A stretch of DNA of 62,251 nucleotides, counting the filler. It is 9 parts of 9 records of this genome, joined end to end, with 100 filler letters (N's around TTAATTAATTAA, not from the genome) between each part and the next. Parts side by side here need not be neighbours in the genome. Positions count along the whole stretch, not along the records: positions 1 to 5,959 come from DRR723986_31676; positions 6,060 to 11,157 come from DRR723986_31905; 7 more parts are not named here. One strand, given 5' to 3'. A model generated the notes under the pieces. That model made no database searches. It saw only the letters and a list, made by a program, of their open reading frames with translations, and had not been told where the DNA came from. Positions 1-11,257 of the stretch are shown here, one piece after another. The position numbers and the translations under genes are program-made. Numbering within the stretch: position 1 is the first letter of the stretch; each line of letters begins with the position of its first letter.

Positions 1-30
1 TCGTGAGTTCGAATCTCATCGCCCGCTCCA
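1..30 (+). tRNA. tRNA 3' fragment, probably tRNA-Gly (truncated by window start)
   Basis: T-arm GTGAGTTCGAATCTCAT followed by acceptor strand CGCCCGC-T-CCA, typical of tRNA-Gly; anticodon not in window. Confidence 0.75.
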
Positions 31-60
31 TTATAAATGCAGAGAAATCTGGTCTTGAGG

Positions 61-81
61 GTGGCTGCGCCAGGCAGCCAC
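61..81 (+). terminator. Hairpin downstream of tRNA
   Basis: GTGGCTGC-GCCAG-GCAGCCAC inverted repeat followed by TTCTCT. Confidence 0.45.
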
Positions 82-187
82 TTCTCTGTATGTCTGACAT
101 TCAAACTAGAAATACAGCCTCTCGCTCCAGGATACGGCTGGAATAAAGTCTCTTGTATCGAACAATTTAGTGAGGTCTTCGGCGATG

Positions 188-693
188 TGCTCTGAGACCC
201 AACCTTGGACCATTTCCGGCGAGAGTTTTCCGGCCTTTTCACACAGGCGGAATGGTGACGTCGGCGTGATTGATCAGCGCTGCCGGGGGGTGTTCCCGAT
301 GGCGCTATGCGGTCTTACCGTACTGTAGTCTCCACGCCAACACTCCAGCTTTTCGCGCGCATCTGACAGGCTCATGAACCAGTTTGCGGACAGGCATTCG
401 GCCCGGAGCCTACCGTTGAACGCCTCGATGAAGGCGTTATCCGTCGGTTTGCCCGGCCTGGAGAAGTCCAGCGTCACACCGTTCATGTAGGCCCAGAGGT
501 CGAGATCCCGGGAGATGAACTCAGAGCCCTGGTCGACCCGGATCGTCTTCGGATAGCCGATCTTGCCGCACACATGATCGAGCGTGGCAACAACGTCCTC
601 GCCGCGATAGCTGAGCCGTGGATCGATGACAGGCGAGTAGCGTGAGTAAGTGTCGATCACCGTCAGTATGCGTATCTTGTGGCCGCTCGCGAG
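188..693 (-). mobile_element. IS3-family (IS407-like) insertion sequence remnant, right half only
   Basis: Integrase core IRVDQGSEF...RPGKPTDNAFIEAFNGRLRAECL...RPHSAIG; homology extends upstream to LASGHKIRILTVIDTYSR (~693) and then stops; TG-starting terminal repeat-like end at 188. Confidence 0.8.
274..693 (-). pseudogene. Truncated IS3 OrfB transposase (rve core)
   Basis: Lacks the N-terminus including the first DDE aspartate (WxMDF); probable frameshift in a C-run near the C-terminus. Confidence 0.75.
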
Positions 694-876
694 GCACGAT
701 CAAAAGCCGGGTCAGCCGGGCCCGCGAAGCGGTCGTGTTCAAAATGCAGAGGGCTGATACTGGTCAAATCGGAGGTTCGACGCGGGATGATAGCCGCACA
801 GCCAATGGCCATACCGATTAGAAACCGATATCGAAACGCTTGCGCGGGGCATGTTCAGCGCCGCCTGACGTAGATG

Positions 877-1089
877 TCAGCTTATATTTTCTGTTCCTTC
901 GAACTGGTCGAAGGCCTGATCGGCGCGCGCCAGCCGTTCGCGTGCGCGGTCCCGGATGTGTTTCACCGTCTCAGTTGGTGGCAGCAGACCCGCTTCCGCA
1001 GCTGCGTCCTTGAGCGACGCATAGGCGCGGGACTGTCTGGAACTCGGGGCGCTTGTCCGCCGGCCGAACAGGGAGAACCTGATTGCCAT
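877..1089 (-). CDS. Small hypothetical protein (70 aa, MAIRFSLFGRR...)
   Basis: ATG at 1089 preceded by AAGGAG; fills an otherwise empty gap. Confidence 0.5.
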   Translation of the reverse strand: MAIRFSLFGRRTSAPSSRQSRAYASLKDAAAEAGLLPPTETVKHIRDRARERLARADQAFDQFEGTENIS

Positions 1090-1312
1090 AACCCAATCTC
1101 CTTGCATCCCTGCAAAACACGCCGATGGCATGGTTCGCTGGGTGAGCGGGCCGCTGTCTCGGAAATGCCCGGGGCTGTCGCGCCGCCCAGCTGCTCCTTT
1201 GGAGCTTATGACGAAATATTACCGCGAATACGCCTGTTTGACGAATTATATTTTCCTTAGACTCGCCAGATGGGCGATCTGAAGACTTTTTGTTGCGCTG
1301 CACAAAAATCCG

Positions 1313-1792
1313 CTAGCGGCGTCGTCCTGTCGGATTGTCTGGGGTAATCTCGTCGGAATTCGGCAGGCGCACATTGCCGACCGAGCCGAAGATCTGCTCC
1401 CAAAGGCCCAGTTCGCGTCCACGAGTCGGGGTTTCACGCGAAGCGTAATTAATCACCTGACCATCTTCTGCGCTGTATTCGAGAACTTCTTCAACCTTGT
1501 CGTCGGTTCCGAACGCGATGGCTGTAATTTTCCGGGTTTTCACCCTGGGGCGATAAAATGCGATCCGCTCCTGGAGTTCGGACATGTAGATCCAGGTGTT
1601 GTCGTCGAAGAGGCTCTTGGTCGATGGGGAACCGAGCTGTGCCAGCACGGTCGAGCGTGTGTCTTCGCCGGGTTGGATGTCTCCGGGCTGCGCCTCGTCC
1701 GCGACATAGCCATGGTAGTCGCGGCTGGGCGTCAGGCACGCAGTCAGCGGAAGGGCCAGAAGGCCTACGGCCAGAATTGCGCGTCGCGCCAT
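1313..1792 (-). CDS. bamE: Outer membrane protein assembly lipoprotein BamE (SmpA/OmlA)
   Basis: Start MARRAIL at 1792 with AGGAG; lipobox LTAC; VLAQLGSPST...WIY motif; C-terminal TPTRGRELG typical of alphaproteobacteria. Confidence 0.9.
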   Translation of the reverse strand: MARRAILAVGLLALPLTACLTPSRDYHGYVADEAQPGDIQPGEDTRSTVLAQLGSPSTKSLFDDNTWIYMSELQERIAFYRPRVKTRKITAIAFGTDDKVEEVLEYSAEDGQVINYASRETPTRGRELGLWEQIFGSVGNVRLPNSDEITPDNPTGRRR

Positions 1793-1875
1793 CGGCAAAC
1801 TCCTGATAGTGGTCCGCGTCAGACCTAGCGGTAGCGACCCGGCTTTGGCAAGCGCATCAGTGCAGGAGAATCCCT

Positions 1876-2448
1876 TTGGCAGGCATCTGGAACCCGTTTC
1901 GGAAAGCAAACGCACAAAAGCGACGGGCCGATACGCTGTATCGTGGCCTGATGGGCGCTGCGCTGTCTCCGGAAGCCTATGCGGCAGGCGTCGTGCCGGA
2001 TGACATGGATCATCGCGTCCAGATGGTTGGCCTCCATGCCGCTGTGCTTGTCTGGCAGTTAACCCGGAGACCGGAAAAAGCGCTACAGCGCCTGCCGCAG
2101 TTGATCCATGCCCGTGTTTTCGATGGGTTTGATGCGTCTTTGCGGGAAACGGGGGTGGGCGATGCATCAATTGCCCGGAAAGTTCGAAAGCTGGGTGAGC
2201 ATTATTACGGTCTGGGCGCTTCAACCGCAGACGCTCTTTCCCGGCCAGCCAGTGAGCGCGCTGGTGCACTTGAAGAGGTCCTGAAGCGGAATGGTGTTGT
2301 GACTGCTGGGCGTGAAGCGGACCTGTCACAATATCTGGTGGTAGTCGCCGAGGCGTTCGAGACGGCCACTTCAGACGCCTTTTTGTCGGGCACAGCCCCT
2401 TGGCAGACCTTCCCCGCAACAAGCAGACCCGGCGTTGCCAAGGTCTGA
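1876..2448 (+). CDS. Ubiquinol-cytochrome c chaperone (Cbp3-like)
   Basis: [27 protein letters not shown] motif; conserved position divergent from bamE. Confidence 0.85.
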   Translation: MAGIWNPFRKANAQKRRADTLYRGLMGAALSPEAYAAGVVPDDMDHRVQMVGLHAAVLVWQLTRRPEKALQRLPQLIHARVFDGFDASLRETGVGDASIARKVRKLGEHYYGLGASTADALSRPASERAGALEEVLKRNGVVTAGREADLSQYLVVVAEAFETATSDAFLSGTAPWQTFPATSRPGVAKV

Positions 2449-2504
2449 GGCGCGCCTTAAACAGCGCGAACGGCCTTCAGCATGGCCTGAATCCGGAAGG
2501 CACT

Positions 2505-3539
2505 ATGACTCGCGGAACGATCCTGTCAGTTGATGCAATGGGCGGGGACCACGCACCGGGCGTGATCGTCGATGGCGTTACCGTATTCCTGACGGAGCGT
2601 CCTGATTCCCGCGTCCTGCTGTTTGGTGACGAGCCTTCCCTGACACCGCTGGTGGCCGCGCACGCCGGGCTTTCGGCCCGATGCGAAATTGTCCACTGCG
2701 ATCACAAGATCACCAGCGACATGAAGCCAAGCCAGGCGCTGCGCCGCGGCAAGGGCTCCTCCATGTGGAATGCGCTGGAAGCCGTGAAAGAAGGCCGTGC
2801 GAACGCTTCTGTCTCTGCAGGGAATACCGGCGCGCTTATGGCCATCTCAATGCTTATCCTGCGTAAGATGGATGGCGTGCACCGACCAGCCATGACAGCG
2901 ATGTGGCCAACCCTCGCTGGCCGCTCAGTCGTTCTGGATGTCGGTGCGAATGTTGAGGCGGATGCTGCGCAGTTGGTCTCGTTTGCGATCATGGGCGAGG
3001 CATACGCCCGCGCGACCTTGGGCAAGGAACGTCCGACGATCGGCCTGCTGAACATTGGCTCAGAGGAAATGAAGGGGCATGACGAAGTGCGCCAGGCCCA
3101 CGAGATCCTGCGGACTTCCGGTCTGGACCTCGATTATCGGGGCTTCGTCGAAGGCGATGATATCTCCATGGGCGCCGTCGACGTGGTTGTGACAGACGGC
3201 TTCACGGGAAATGTGGCCCTGAAAACAGGTGAGGGCGTGGCTCGTATGCTGGGCACGCGTGTGCGGGAGGCCCTGACGAAGAGCCTCGCGACGAAGGCCG
3301 GGGCGGTGCTCGCGTCTTCAGGTCTGAAACAGCTCCGTGAGCAGATGAACCCCAGCAATGCCAATGGCGGTGTCCTGCTCGGCCTGGGTGGTGTCTCTGT
3401 CAAGAGTCATGGCGGAACCGATGCGCAAGGCTTTGCCACGGCATGCCGGCTGGCGGCAGACCTTGCAACCAGTCACTATCCGGAAGAGGTTGCTGCAAAT
3501 CTCGCGCGTATCCAGAAGAAAGGGGCGGCGGCTGGCTGA
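2505..3539 (+). CDS. plsX: Phosphate acyltransferase PlsX
   Basis: [38 protein letters not shown] motifs; start moved to MTRGT. Confidence 0.97.
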   Translation: MTRGTILSVDAMGGDHAPGVIVDGVTVFLTERPDSRVLLFGDEPSLTPLVAAHAGLSARCEIVHCDHKITSDMKPSQALRRGKGSSMWNALEAVKEGRANASVSAGNTGALMAISMLILRKMDGVHRPAMTAMWPTLAGRSVVLDVGANVEADAAQLVSFAIMGEAYARATLGKERPTIGLLNIGSEEMKGHDEVRQAHEILRTSGLDLDYRGFVEGDDISMGAVDVVVTDGFTGNVALKTGEGVARMLGTRVREALTKSLATKAGAVLASSGLKQLREQMNPSNANGGVLLGLGGVSVKSHGGTDAQGFATACRLAADLATSHYPEEVAANLARIQKKGAAAG

Positions 3540-3566
3540 GTGAGCCACCCCAAAGAAGGAAACAAG

Positions 3567-4538
3567 ATGGCACGGCGTAGTTTCATCCGCGGGACAGGTG
3601 GTTATCTTCCCGAAAAAGTTCTGACGAATGATGATCTGTCGGCAATGGTCGACACATCCGATGAATGGATTCAGGAACGCACTGGCATCAAACGCCGCCA
3701 TGTTGCTGCCGAGGGCGAGCTGACATCGGATATCGCGACAGCTGCAGCCCGGTCTGCGCTGGAGGCGGCCGGCGTGCCGGTCTCCGATGTCGATCTCATC
3801 GTGCTGGCGACGACAACCCCGGACCAGACCTTTCCGGCCACCGCGACGGCTGTCCAGGCCAAGCTCGGTATGACGGGCGGCGCCGCTTTCGATGTCCAGG
3901 CGGTTTGCTCTGGCTTTCTGTTTGCGCTGGCAACGGCGGATTCCATGTTGAGGCAGGGACTCTTCAATACGGCGATTGTCATTGGCGCGGAGACTTTCAC
4001 GCGCATTCTCGATTGGTCGGACCGTGGCACCTGTGTCTTGTTCGGGGATGGCGGCGGCGCGGCTGTGTTGCAGGCTGAAGAGTGGACGGGTGACAACCTC
4101 GCTGGCGTGATCACGCACCACATCCGGACTGACGGCACGAAATCTGATCTTCTTTATGTTGACGGCGGTGTCAGCTCCACCGGCACAATCGGACATGTGC
4201 GCATGGAGGGGAACCGTGTGTTCCGGCACGCCGTGACCAATATCTCGTCCGCCATTCAGGCCATCTATGATGAGACCTGCCTGACAGGCGATGACATCGA
4301 CTGGTTCGTGCCGCACCAGGCTAACAAGCGGATCCTCGATGGAGTCGCAAAGAAGATGAACATCGCTGAAGAGAAAGTGATCGTCACCGTCCAGGAGCAC
4401 GCCAATACATCGGCAGCGTCCATACCGCTGGCGCTGAACCATGCGGTTCGTTCCGGCCGGGCGAAAAAGGGCGACCTGATCCTGTCAGAGGCGATGGGTG
4501 GTGGCTTTTCCTGGGGCGCAAGCCTGTTCCGCCTTTAA
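3567..4538 (+). CDS. fabH: 3-oxoacyl-ACP synthase III
   Basis: AVCSGF catalytic Cys, [18 protein letters not shown]; follows plsX. Confidence 0.97.
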   Translation: MARRSFIRGTGGYLPEKVLTNDDLSAMVDTSDEWIQERTGIKRRHVAAEGELTSDIATAAARSALEAAGVPVSDVDLIVLATTTPDQTFPATATAVQAKLGMTGGAAFDVQAVCSGFLFALATADSMLRQGLFNTAIVIGAETFTRILDWSDRGTCVLFGDGGGAAVLQAEEWTGDNLAGVITHHIRTDGTKSDLLYVDGGVSSTGTIGHVRMEGNRVFRHAVTNISSAIQAIYDETCLTGDDIDWFVPHQANKRILDGVAKKMNIAEEKVIVTVQEHANTSAASIPLALNHAVRSGRAKKGDLILSEAMGGGFSWGASLFRL

Positions 4539-4641
4539 ATTCAGGCGACAAGCTCCATTATTTCACGGATATTAGCTGACGGATGCGCTAGTAATCCGTT
4601 AACAATCCTTGGCTATATCTTAACCAGATCGGGAGAATCCC

Positions 4642-4935
4642 ATGTCCAACCAGACCATCACCCGCGCCGAAGTGACCGACAAGATCGTCAGCGAAGTCGG
4701 TCTGACCCGGCAGGAATCGTCGGATCTCCTCGACCGGACGCTGGATATGATCGGCGCGGCCCTGGAGCATGAAGACGAAGTGAAGCTCTCCCGGTTCGGC
4801 AATTTCGTGGTGCGGTCCAAGGCCGCCCGCGAAGGCCGCAATCCGAAAACCGGGGAGGAGGCCACGATCGCTGCACGGCGCGTTGTCACCTTCCGCCCGT
4901 CGCCGATGCTGAAGGCGCAGGTCGACAATAATTAG
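4642..4935 (+). CDS. ihfA: Integration host factor alpha
   Basis: VKLSRFGNF...GRNPKTGEE..I.ARRVVTFRPS; synteny fabH-ihfA-merR. Confidence 0.95.
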   Translation: MSNQTITRAEVTDKIVSEVGLTRQESSDLLDRTLDMIGAALEHEDEVKLSRFGNFVVRSKAAREGRNPKTGEEATIAARRVVTFRPSPMLKAQVDNN

Positions 4936-4955
4936 ATATCCAGGAAGGAACAGAC

Positions 4956-5438
4956 ATGAGCGCCAGCCGGGCCCGAATCGAAAAATCCGCGACCGCATTC
5001 CGGTCCATCGGTGAAGCAGCTTCGGAACTCGGCATCGAGACGCATGTCATCCGCTACTGGGAAAGCAAGTTTCCGCGCGAAGTCCGTCCTGTGAAGCGCC
5101 CCGACGGGAGGCGCATGTTCCGTCCACAGGACGTTGACGCTCTACGCGCCATCCAGATCCTGGTGCATGAGCGCGGCATGACGCTAAAGGGCGCCAAGTC
5201 ACTGATCGCGGAACAGGGCATATCTGCCGTGCTGAATGGCGAGGCCACGCTTGGCGCAGGTGCACCTGCCGGCAGCAGCCCTGCACGGGACCTTCAGGAG
5301 AGCGTTGCGAAGGCGTTCACCGAAGATGCCGCAGAAGGCCTGACCGACGATCGCCGTGCTCGTCTGGAAGGAGCTTTGACGGAGCTAACCGACATCAAAT
5401 CCCGCATCGACGCAGCCCTTGGGCGGCGCGCAGCCTGA
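4956..5438 (+). CDS. MerR-family transcriptional regulator
   Basis: KSATAFRSIGEAA...HVIRYWESKF...GMTLKGA; standard gene after ihfA. Confidence 0.9.
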   Translation: MSASRARIEKSATAFRSIGEAASELGIETHVIRYWESKFPREVRPVKRPDGRRMFRPQDVDALRAIQILVHERGMTLKGAKSLIAEQGISAVLNGEATLGAGAPAGSSPARDLQESVAKAFTEDAAEGLTDDRRARLEGALTELTDIKSRIDAALGRRAA

Positions 5439-5452
5439 ACCCACATAATTCA

Positions 5453-5481
5453 TTGCACACACCGGGCGGCTTGGTTACAAG
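5453..5481 (+). promoter_or_regulatory. Sigma70-like promoter of tRNA-Pro
   Basis: TTGCAC-17 nt-TACAAG just upstream of the tRNA. Confidence 0.55.
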
Positions 5482-5491
5482 CCGCTCTCGT

Positions 5492-5569
5492 CGGAGCGTG
5501 GCGCAGTCCGGTTAGCGCACTAGTCTGGGGGACTAGGGGTCGTGGGTTCGAATCCCGCCGCTCCGACCA
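5492..5569 (+). tRNA. tRNA-Pro(GGG)
   Basis: CGGAGCG acceptor, D-arm, anticodon arm CTAGT-CTGGGGG-ACTAG, GTTCGAATC T-loop, CCA end. Confidence 0.95.
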
Positions 5570-5595
5570 TTTCTCCGCCGCGCGGAGAAATGGTC
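5565..5595. terminator. Hairpin between convergent tRNA-Pro and ptrB
   Basis: GACCATTTCTCCG...CGGAGAAATGGTC inverted repeat. Confidence 0.6.
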
Positions 5596-5610
5596 GTTAC
5601 TCCGAAAGCC

Positions 5611-5959
5611 CTATTTCTTGGACAAATCCACGTCTTCAACCTGGCCAACTGCGGCGAGGGCAAAGGCGTATTCCGTGGCGACTTCCTTCAGGCCTTCGAA
5701 GCGGCCTGAGGCGCCGCCATGGCCCGCTTCCATGTTGATCTTGAGGAAGTACGGTCCGCCTTCCGGCGCGTCGTGACGGAGCTTTGCTGCCCATTTGGTC
5801 GGTTCCCAATAAGTCACGCGCGGGTCGGACAGGCCGCCTGTGATGAACATCGCCGGATAGTTCTGGGCCGTCACATTGTCATACGGGCTGTAGGCGGCGA
5901 TCTGGTCATAGTCTTCGACGCTGATCAGCGGGTTGCCCCATTCCGGCCATTCCGGCGGC
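5611..5959 (-). CDS. ptrB: Oligopeptidase B (S9A), C-terminal part
   Basis: EWGNP, YSPYDNV, DPRVTYWEP, AGHGGASGRF; open to contig edge. Confidence 0.9.
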
Positions 5960-6059
5960 NNNNNNNNNNNNNNNNNNNNNNNNNNNNNNNNNNNNNNNNN
6001 NNNTTAATTAATTAANNNNNNNNNNNNNNNNNNNNNNNNNNNNNNNNNNNNNNNNNNNN
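5960..6059. other. Artificial contig spacer
   Basis: N-run + TTAATTAATTAA (stops in all six frames) + N-run, 100 nt. Confidence 0.98.
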
Positions 6060-9000
6060 ATCGTGGGCGCGTCCTCGTTCACGTTCAAGTACGACGTGCT
6101 GGCCCCGACGATCGTGCTCGTGGAGCCCATCGAGTTCACTGGCGAGGCGACGGGGCTGACCGCGTTCACGCTGCGCGTCTACACCAGCGAGCAGACGGTG
6201 AACTTTGGCGCCGACGACATTGTCGTCACCGCGGGCAACCAGGCCGCGATTGCGAGCGTGGAGCGGGAGGTGGTGCTGAGCGACGGTGGGGCCACGCAGT
6301 TCCTCGTGTCCATCGTCAACGCCACCGAGGACGGGCTCGTGTCGCTCGCCCTCCTGACGGAGGCGCAGGGGCTGGGCGCCACGGACCTTGCGGGCAACTT
6401 CCTGTCCCTGTCGGCCACCCTGGGCTACGACGCGCCCACGTTCTACGAGGTGGCCGTGGACCTGTCGGCGCCCTCTCTCGCCAACTTCTCCCTCGACGCG
6501 CGCGAGCTCCACGGCACGGCGTACCTGACGTTCAGCGAGGACGTGGCCCCGGGGACGGTGGACGAGGGCCGACTGTCGTTCTGGAGCGACGCGGACCCGC
6601 CCCTGGAGCTCGTGCCCTCTGGCAGCACCGCCTCGTGCGCCGACGCGGGGGCGGCGGCGTGCCGCACCCTGGCGCTGCGCCTCAGCGCCGCCGACGTTGC
6701 CGCGCTCGTGGACGCGGGCTCGTTCAACCTCACCGGCACGGCGACGGGCAAGGCGGTGTTCCTCGCCCTCGGCGTGGGGTTCGTCGAGGACGCGCGCGGC
6801 AACCTGAACAACGCCACCAGGACCGTGCTGGCGGCGGACAGCGTGACGGTGGACCTCACGCCCACGATCTCGGCGCACCCGGCCTCGCGCGAGGCGGGGA
6901 TCGGGGGCTACCCGAGCTTCACGGCGACCGCGCAGCTGGACCCGTCGTCGAGCGGCACGCTGGCGTTCCAGTGGTACCACAACGGCACCCTGATCGCGGG
7001 CGCCACGTCGGCCACGCTGTCCCTCTCCCAGGTGGCCTACTCGGCGTCGGGCGCGTACGCGGTGCGGGTGTCCGACGGTTCCGCGGTGGTGTGGTCGCGC
7101 GAGGCCACCCTCGCCGTGCTGCCGCTGCCCGTGGCCGCGGGCGTGACGTTCCTGGACACGGACTGCGCGACGTCGCGCATCGGCGGGACGGCGACCATCA
7201 CCGCGCCGGCCGAGGGCGAGAACCCCGTGTTCGGGCAGCTGCGCTACCGTGCGTACGTGGGCTCGAGCCCCTCCGCCAAGGCGGACGACACGCCGCTGTT
7301 CACCATCGCGGCCACGGGCAGCGCGCAGTACACGGGCACGGTGCCGGACGGGAGCGACTACGGGCCGTACCTGCTGGTGTTCACGTACTCGGACGAGTCT
7401 GGGCTGGAGGCGGCGACGCCGTTCGTGCTGGCGATCTCCAACGCGCGGTACCCGGACCCCCCCGCGTCGGTCGCGCTCGACGACGAGGACTGCTCCAGCC
7501 TGCTGTCGGGCAGCGTGGTGGTGCAGCCCACCAGCGACGAGACGGACGTGGACGCCTACACGCTGTACTGGTCCTCCAGCGGGGCTTACCCGACCACCGT
7601 CACGGCCGCCACCAAGCTCGGCACCGTCGCCACCGCCGGCGGCGCCGCCGTCGCGCTGCCGCTCTCGGGCGCGACGGCCCAGGCGGGCTACATCGTCGCC
7701 ACCGCGCGCACGAGCTTCGCGGGCGGCTCGGTGGTGTGCGAGTACACGGGGGGCGTGGCGTCGGTGGCGGTGGTGAACAAGTACACGCCCAGCGTGCTGC
7801 CGACGATCGGCGCGCTGGACGACGCGGCCTGCGGCGCGGGCCTGGTGCAGTCGACGGTCGTGCTCACGACGCCCGCGGCGGGCGTGGGCGCGCGCGACGA
7901 GTACGTCCTCGCGTGGTCCAACGCCGCCAACGAGCCCTTGGAGACCATCGCCACCCTGTCCTCGGGCGGGGTCGCGGGGCGGCAGATCTCGCACGCCCTC
8001 AACGGGAGCGTGCCGGACGGGGCCACGCACCTGCGCGTGCAGGCCGTGGCGGACGGCGTCTGCTTCCTCACCTCGCAGTTCGTCAGCGCGGAGGTGGTGG
8101 ACCGCCGCTCCCCGACCGGCAACGCGCGGGCGGTGGCGTTCTCCGACACCAACGGCGCGCTCAACCTGGTCAGCGGCAGCATCGTCGTGGTCCCCGCCGA
8201 GGACGAGACGCACGTCAGCGCGTACGCGCTGTACTGGGCGTCGGACTCGGTGGACAAGCTCGAGAGGATCGGCACGGTGGCGTCGAGCGCGGGGACGGGG
8301 AACAACCTGACGTTCGCGCTGGCGTCCGTCGTGATCCCCGCGGGCGCCACCTCCCTCGCCGTCTCGGCCAGCGACAGCGCGTGCGAGATGGAGGGAGTGG
8401 TCACCACGGCGGTCGTGGACCTGTCGTCCCAGGCGCCGACCAACGCGCCGTCCGACGCCGGCTCGAGCTTCGACGACGTCAACTGCGACGCGGGCGTGGT
8501 GTCGGGCAGCTTCGTGGTCGGGCGTGCCGCGCTCGAGTTCGACGTCACCGAGTACCGCCTGTCCTGGGGCTCCAGCTCGTCCGCGCCGCTGGGCGAGGTG
8601 CTGGGCACCGCCGCCGTGCCGGCCAGCGCCACCGAGGCGGTGGTGATCGCGCTCGCGGACGAGCCCATCCCCGCCGGCGCGACGCACCTGCTCGCGTTCT
8701 CCGCCAACGCCAACGGCGCCAACGCCGACCCCGCGGCGGTGGTGGTGGTGGACCACTTCCCCCCGGGCGCGGGCGAGCAGGCCGTGAGCGTGGCGTTCAC
8801 CGACCTGGACGGCGACTCGAACGAGGTGTCCGGGTACGTCACCGTGGTGCCGCAGGTGGACGAGCAGAGCCTGGACGTCGACGGCTACGCCCTGTTCTTC
8901 GCCACGGCCACCGGGCAGGTGGTGTCGTCGATCGCGACCATCGCCCAGTCGCGGGTGGTGGTCACCTCGTACGAGCACTTCATCCCCAGCAGCACGGCGC

Positions 9001-11028
9001 TGGCCGCCACGGCGAAGACCATCATCGCCAGCTCCTACTTTGGCACGTGCGTTTCCTCCAGCTTCGTGTCGGTGACCATCTCGGACCTCAGCAACTCGCC
9101 GCCCAAGTACGGTGCCCAGTCGCTCGCGTTCACCGACCAGAGCTGCTCCAGGGGCTTCCTCGCGGGCAACGTCACTGTGGTCACGCCCTCCGCGCTGAAC
9201 ACGATCGACCAGTTCCGCGTGTACTTTGGCTCGTCCTCCAAGGTCAAGGTCAGCACGACCCCCATCCTCACCATCGAGGCCACGGACGCGCCCCCGTCCA
9301 CCACCCTGGTGGCCGAGCTCCCCTCCACCGCCATCCCCGCCACGGCCACGCGCCTCATCGTGACGTCGTGGAACCACGTGTACAGCGAGATCGGTGCGCA
9401 GGAGGTGGCCACCAGCGGCTGGGTGTCGATCACGATCCAGGACAACTACCCGCCCTCCACGCTGGTCGGCGGCGTGGCGTGGGCGGACGAGAACGAGCTC
9501 GAGGGGCTCATCGACGGCACGGTGGTGCTGGACACGTCCGCCTCGCGGAGCGACGCCTGGATCACCAGCTACTCCCTCTGGACGGGCCCCAGCGGCTCGA
9601 CGGTCGACGCGGAGCTGGCCCAGATCGCCGCCAACGCGAGCGCGAGCTCGCTCTCGTACGCCGTGCCCGGCGGCACCGCGTTCGCGGCCAGCGCCACGCA
9701 CCTGCTCGTGTTCAGCCAGCACAACCACTGCCTCTCCGGCCCCGTCGCGGTGGAGATCAACGACCTGAAAGTGAACGGCGCGCGCACGGTGGGCAACCTG
9801 CGCCTCACCGCCACCGTGTCCGCGAGCGCGCTGGAGGTGGGGTGGGACGCGAGCGCGTTCGCGACGCGCTACAAGGTGCAGCGGCGCCCCACGGGCGCGC
9901 TGACCGCGCTCCACCCGCTCGCCGCCGACGACCTGGCCTGGACGACGGTGGCCGAGGACGTGGCGGCCACCTCGTTCGTGCTGGACGGCCTCGAGGCGGA
10001 CCAGCGCTACGTGGTGCGCGTCGTCGCGGGGACCGACTTTATCTACCAGGACGACGCCGCCGCCGCCGTGGTGCTGGCGCGGCCCACCGCGGAAGTGCCG
10101 GGCCTCGCCCCCTTCGTGCACAAGTCGGCCGTCAACGCGACCGCCGTCGTGCTGCAGCTCTCCCACCCGTCGGCCACCAAGTTCCGGCTGCAAATGCTCG
10201 ACCCCGCGTGCCAGGACGTGCGCTACCGGTGCGACTGGCACGAGCTCGCCGCCTCTTTGGACTTGCCCGTCTTCGCGCTGACCGAGCTGCCCGCGACGCT
10301 GGGAGGCGGGGCGCTTGCCTCGTCGAACACCCTGCGCGTGGTCGCGGGGAACGACTTTGGCTTCCAGGAGGACGCCGCGGGGAGCGTGCTCGTGGTGCGG
10401 GCCACCGACGGCGCGCCGACGGAGCCCGTCCAAGTGCGCCGGGCGCGCCTGGAGGCCTCCGTGGTCACCCTGGAGTTCAAGGAGCCCAGCGCGACGCGGT
10501 ACCACGTGCAGATGCTCGTGTCGGGCGCCTGGGTGTCCGTCGCCAGCGACTACGCGGGCAGCGTTCTGGACGTTTCCGCGTACCCGGCCTCGTCGCCGCC
10601 AGCGTACGCAGGGCAGGCGCTCGCCGGCGGCACCACCTACCAGTTCCGCGTGTGGTCCAGCAACGACGCGGGCGACGCCGCCACCGCGGCGACGACGACC
10701 ACCGTGCACGCCACCACCGCCACCACCGTGCCCTCCTCGAGCGCCGACCTGGTCGCCGCGCTGCGCGTGTCCGACCTGCGCGTCGACGCCCTGCTGCTGC
10801 AGTGGGACGCGGACCTGGTCGGCTCGGCGACGGCCTTCCAGCTCGAGGTGGCGTCCGCGTGGGACGCCACCGAGTACACCGCGCTGGCGCAGGACGTTCG
10901 CGAGTACGAGGCGTACGTGGACACCAGCGTTCTCGCGCTGGAGGACGGGACCGAGTACGTGTTTCGCGTGCGTGCTGGCAACCAGTTCGGGCTCCATTCG
11001 GACGTTTCGCAACTCCGCGTTGTCCCAA
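6060..11028 (+). CDS. Partial exon of a giant Ig/FN3 repeat surface protein, probably eukaryotic
   Basis: Open ~1650 codons with strong GC3 bias; Big-like segments (ATDLAGN, EDARGN), one Ig domain (FQWYHNG...SGAYAVRVSD), 8 repeats of ~105 aa, ~4 FN3 domains; coding style ends at AA|GTGAGA. Confidence 0.75.
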
Positions 11029-11127
11029 GTGAGATTATCCCCACAGAAAGAGAGGGGGGGGGCACAAAACCCCGATTGTCGTTTGTCGTTGTTGCTGTCG
11101 TTGTTTTTGAAACCTGACCTGCGCTGC

Positions 11128-11157
11128 GCGTGTGCTTGCGTGTGCTTGCGTGTGCTT
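11128..11157. repeat. (GCGTGTGCTT)3 tandem repeat, likely intronic
   Basis: Three exact 10-mer units at the contig end. Confidence 0.85.
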
Positions 11158-11257
11158 NNNNNNNNNNNNNNNNNNNNNNNNNNNNNNNNNNNNNNNNNNN
11201 NTTAATTAATTAANNNNNNNNNNNNNNNNNNNNNNNNNNNNNNNNNNNNNNNNNNNN
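11158..11257. other. Artificial contig spacer
   Basis: N-run + TTAATTAATTAA + N-run. Confidence 0.98.

Noticed and set aside
679-873. 64-aa ORF next to the IS remnant
   Set aside because: No SD, no motif, and it overlaps the IS breakpoint
1793-2422. Long N-terminal extension of bamE in the ORF track
   Set aside because: Overlaps the cbp3-like gene on the opposite strand; the SD and lipoprotein signal point to a start at 1792
6012-11032. 1666-aa antisense ORF and 1465-aa alternate-frame ORF overlapping the giant protein
   Set aside because: Arg/Gly/Ala-rich shadow ORFs expected from extreme GC3 bias; no domain motifs
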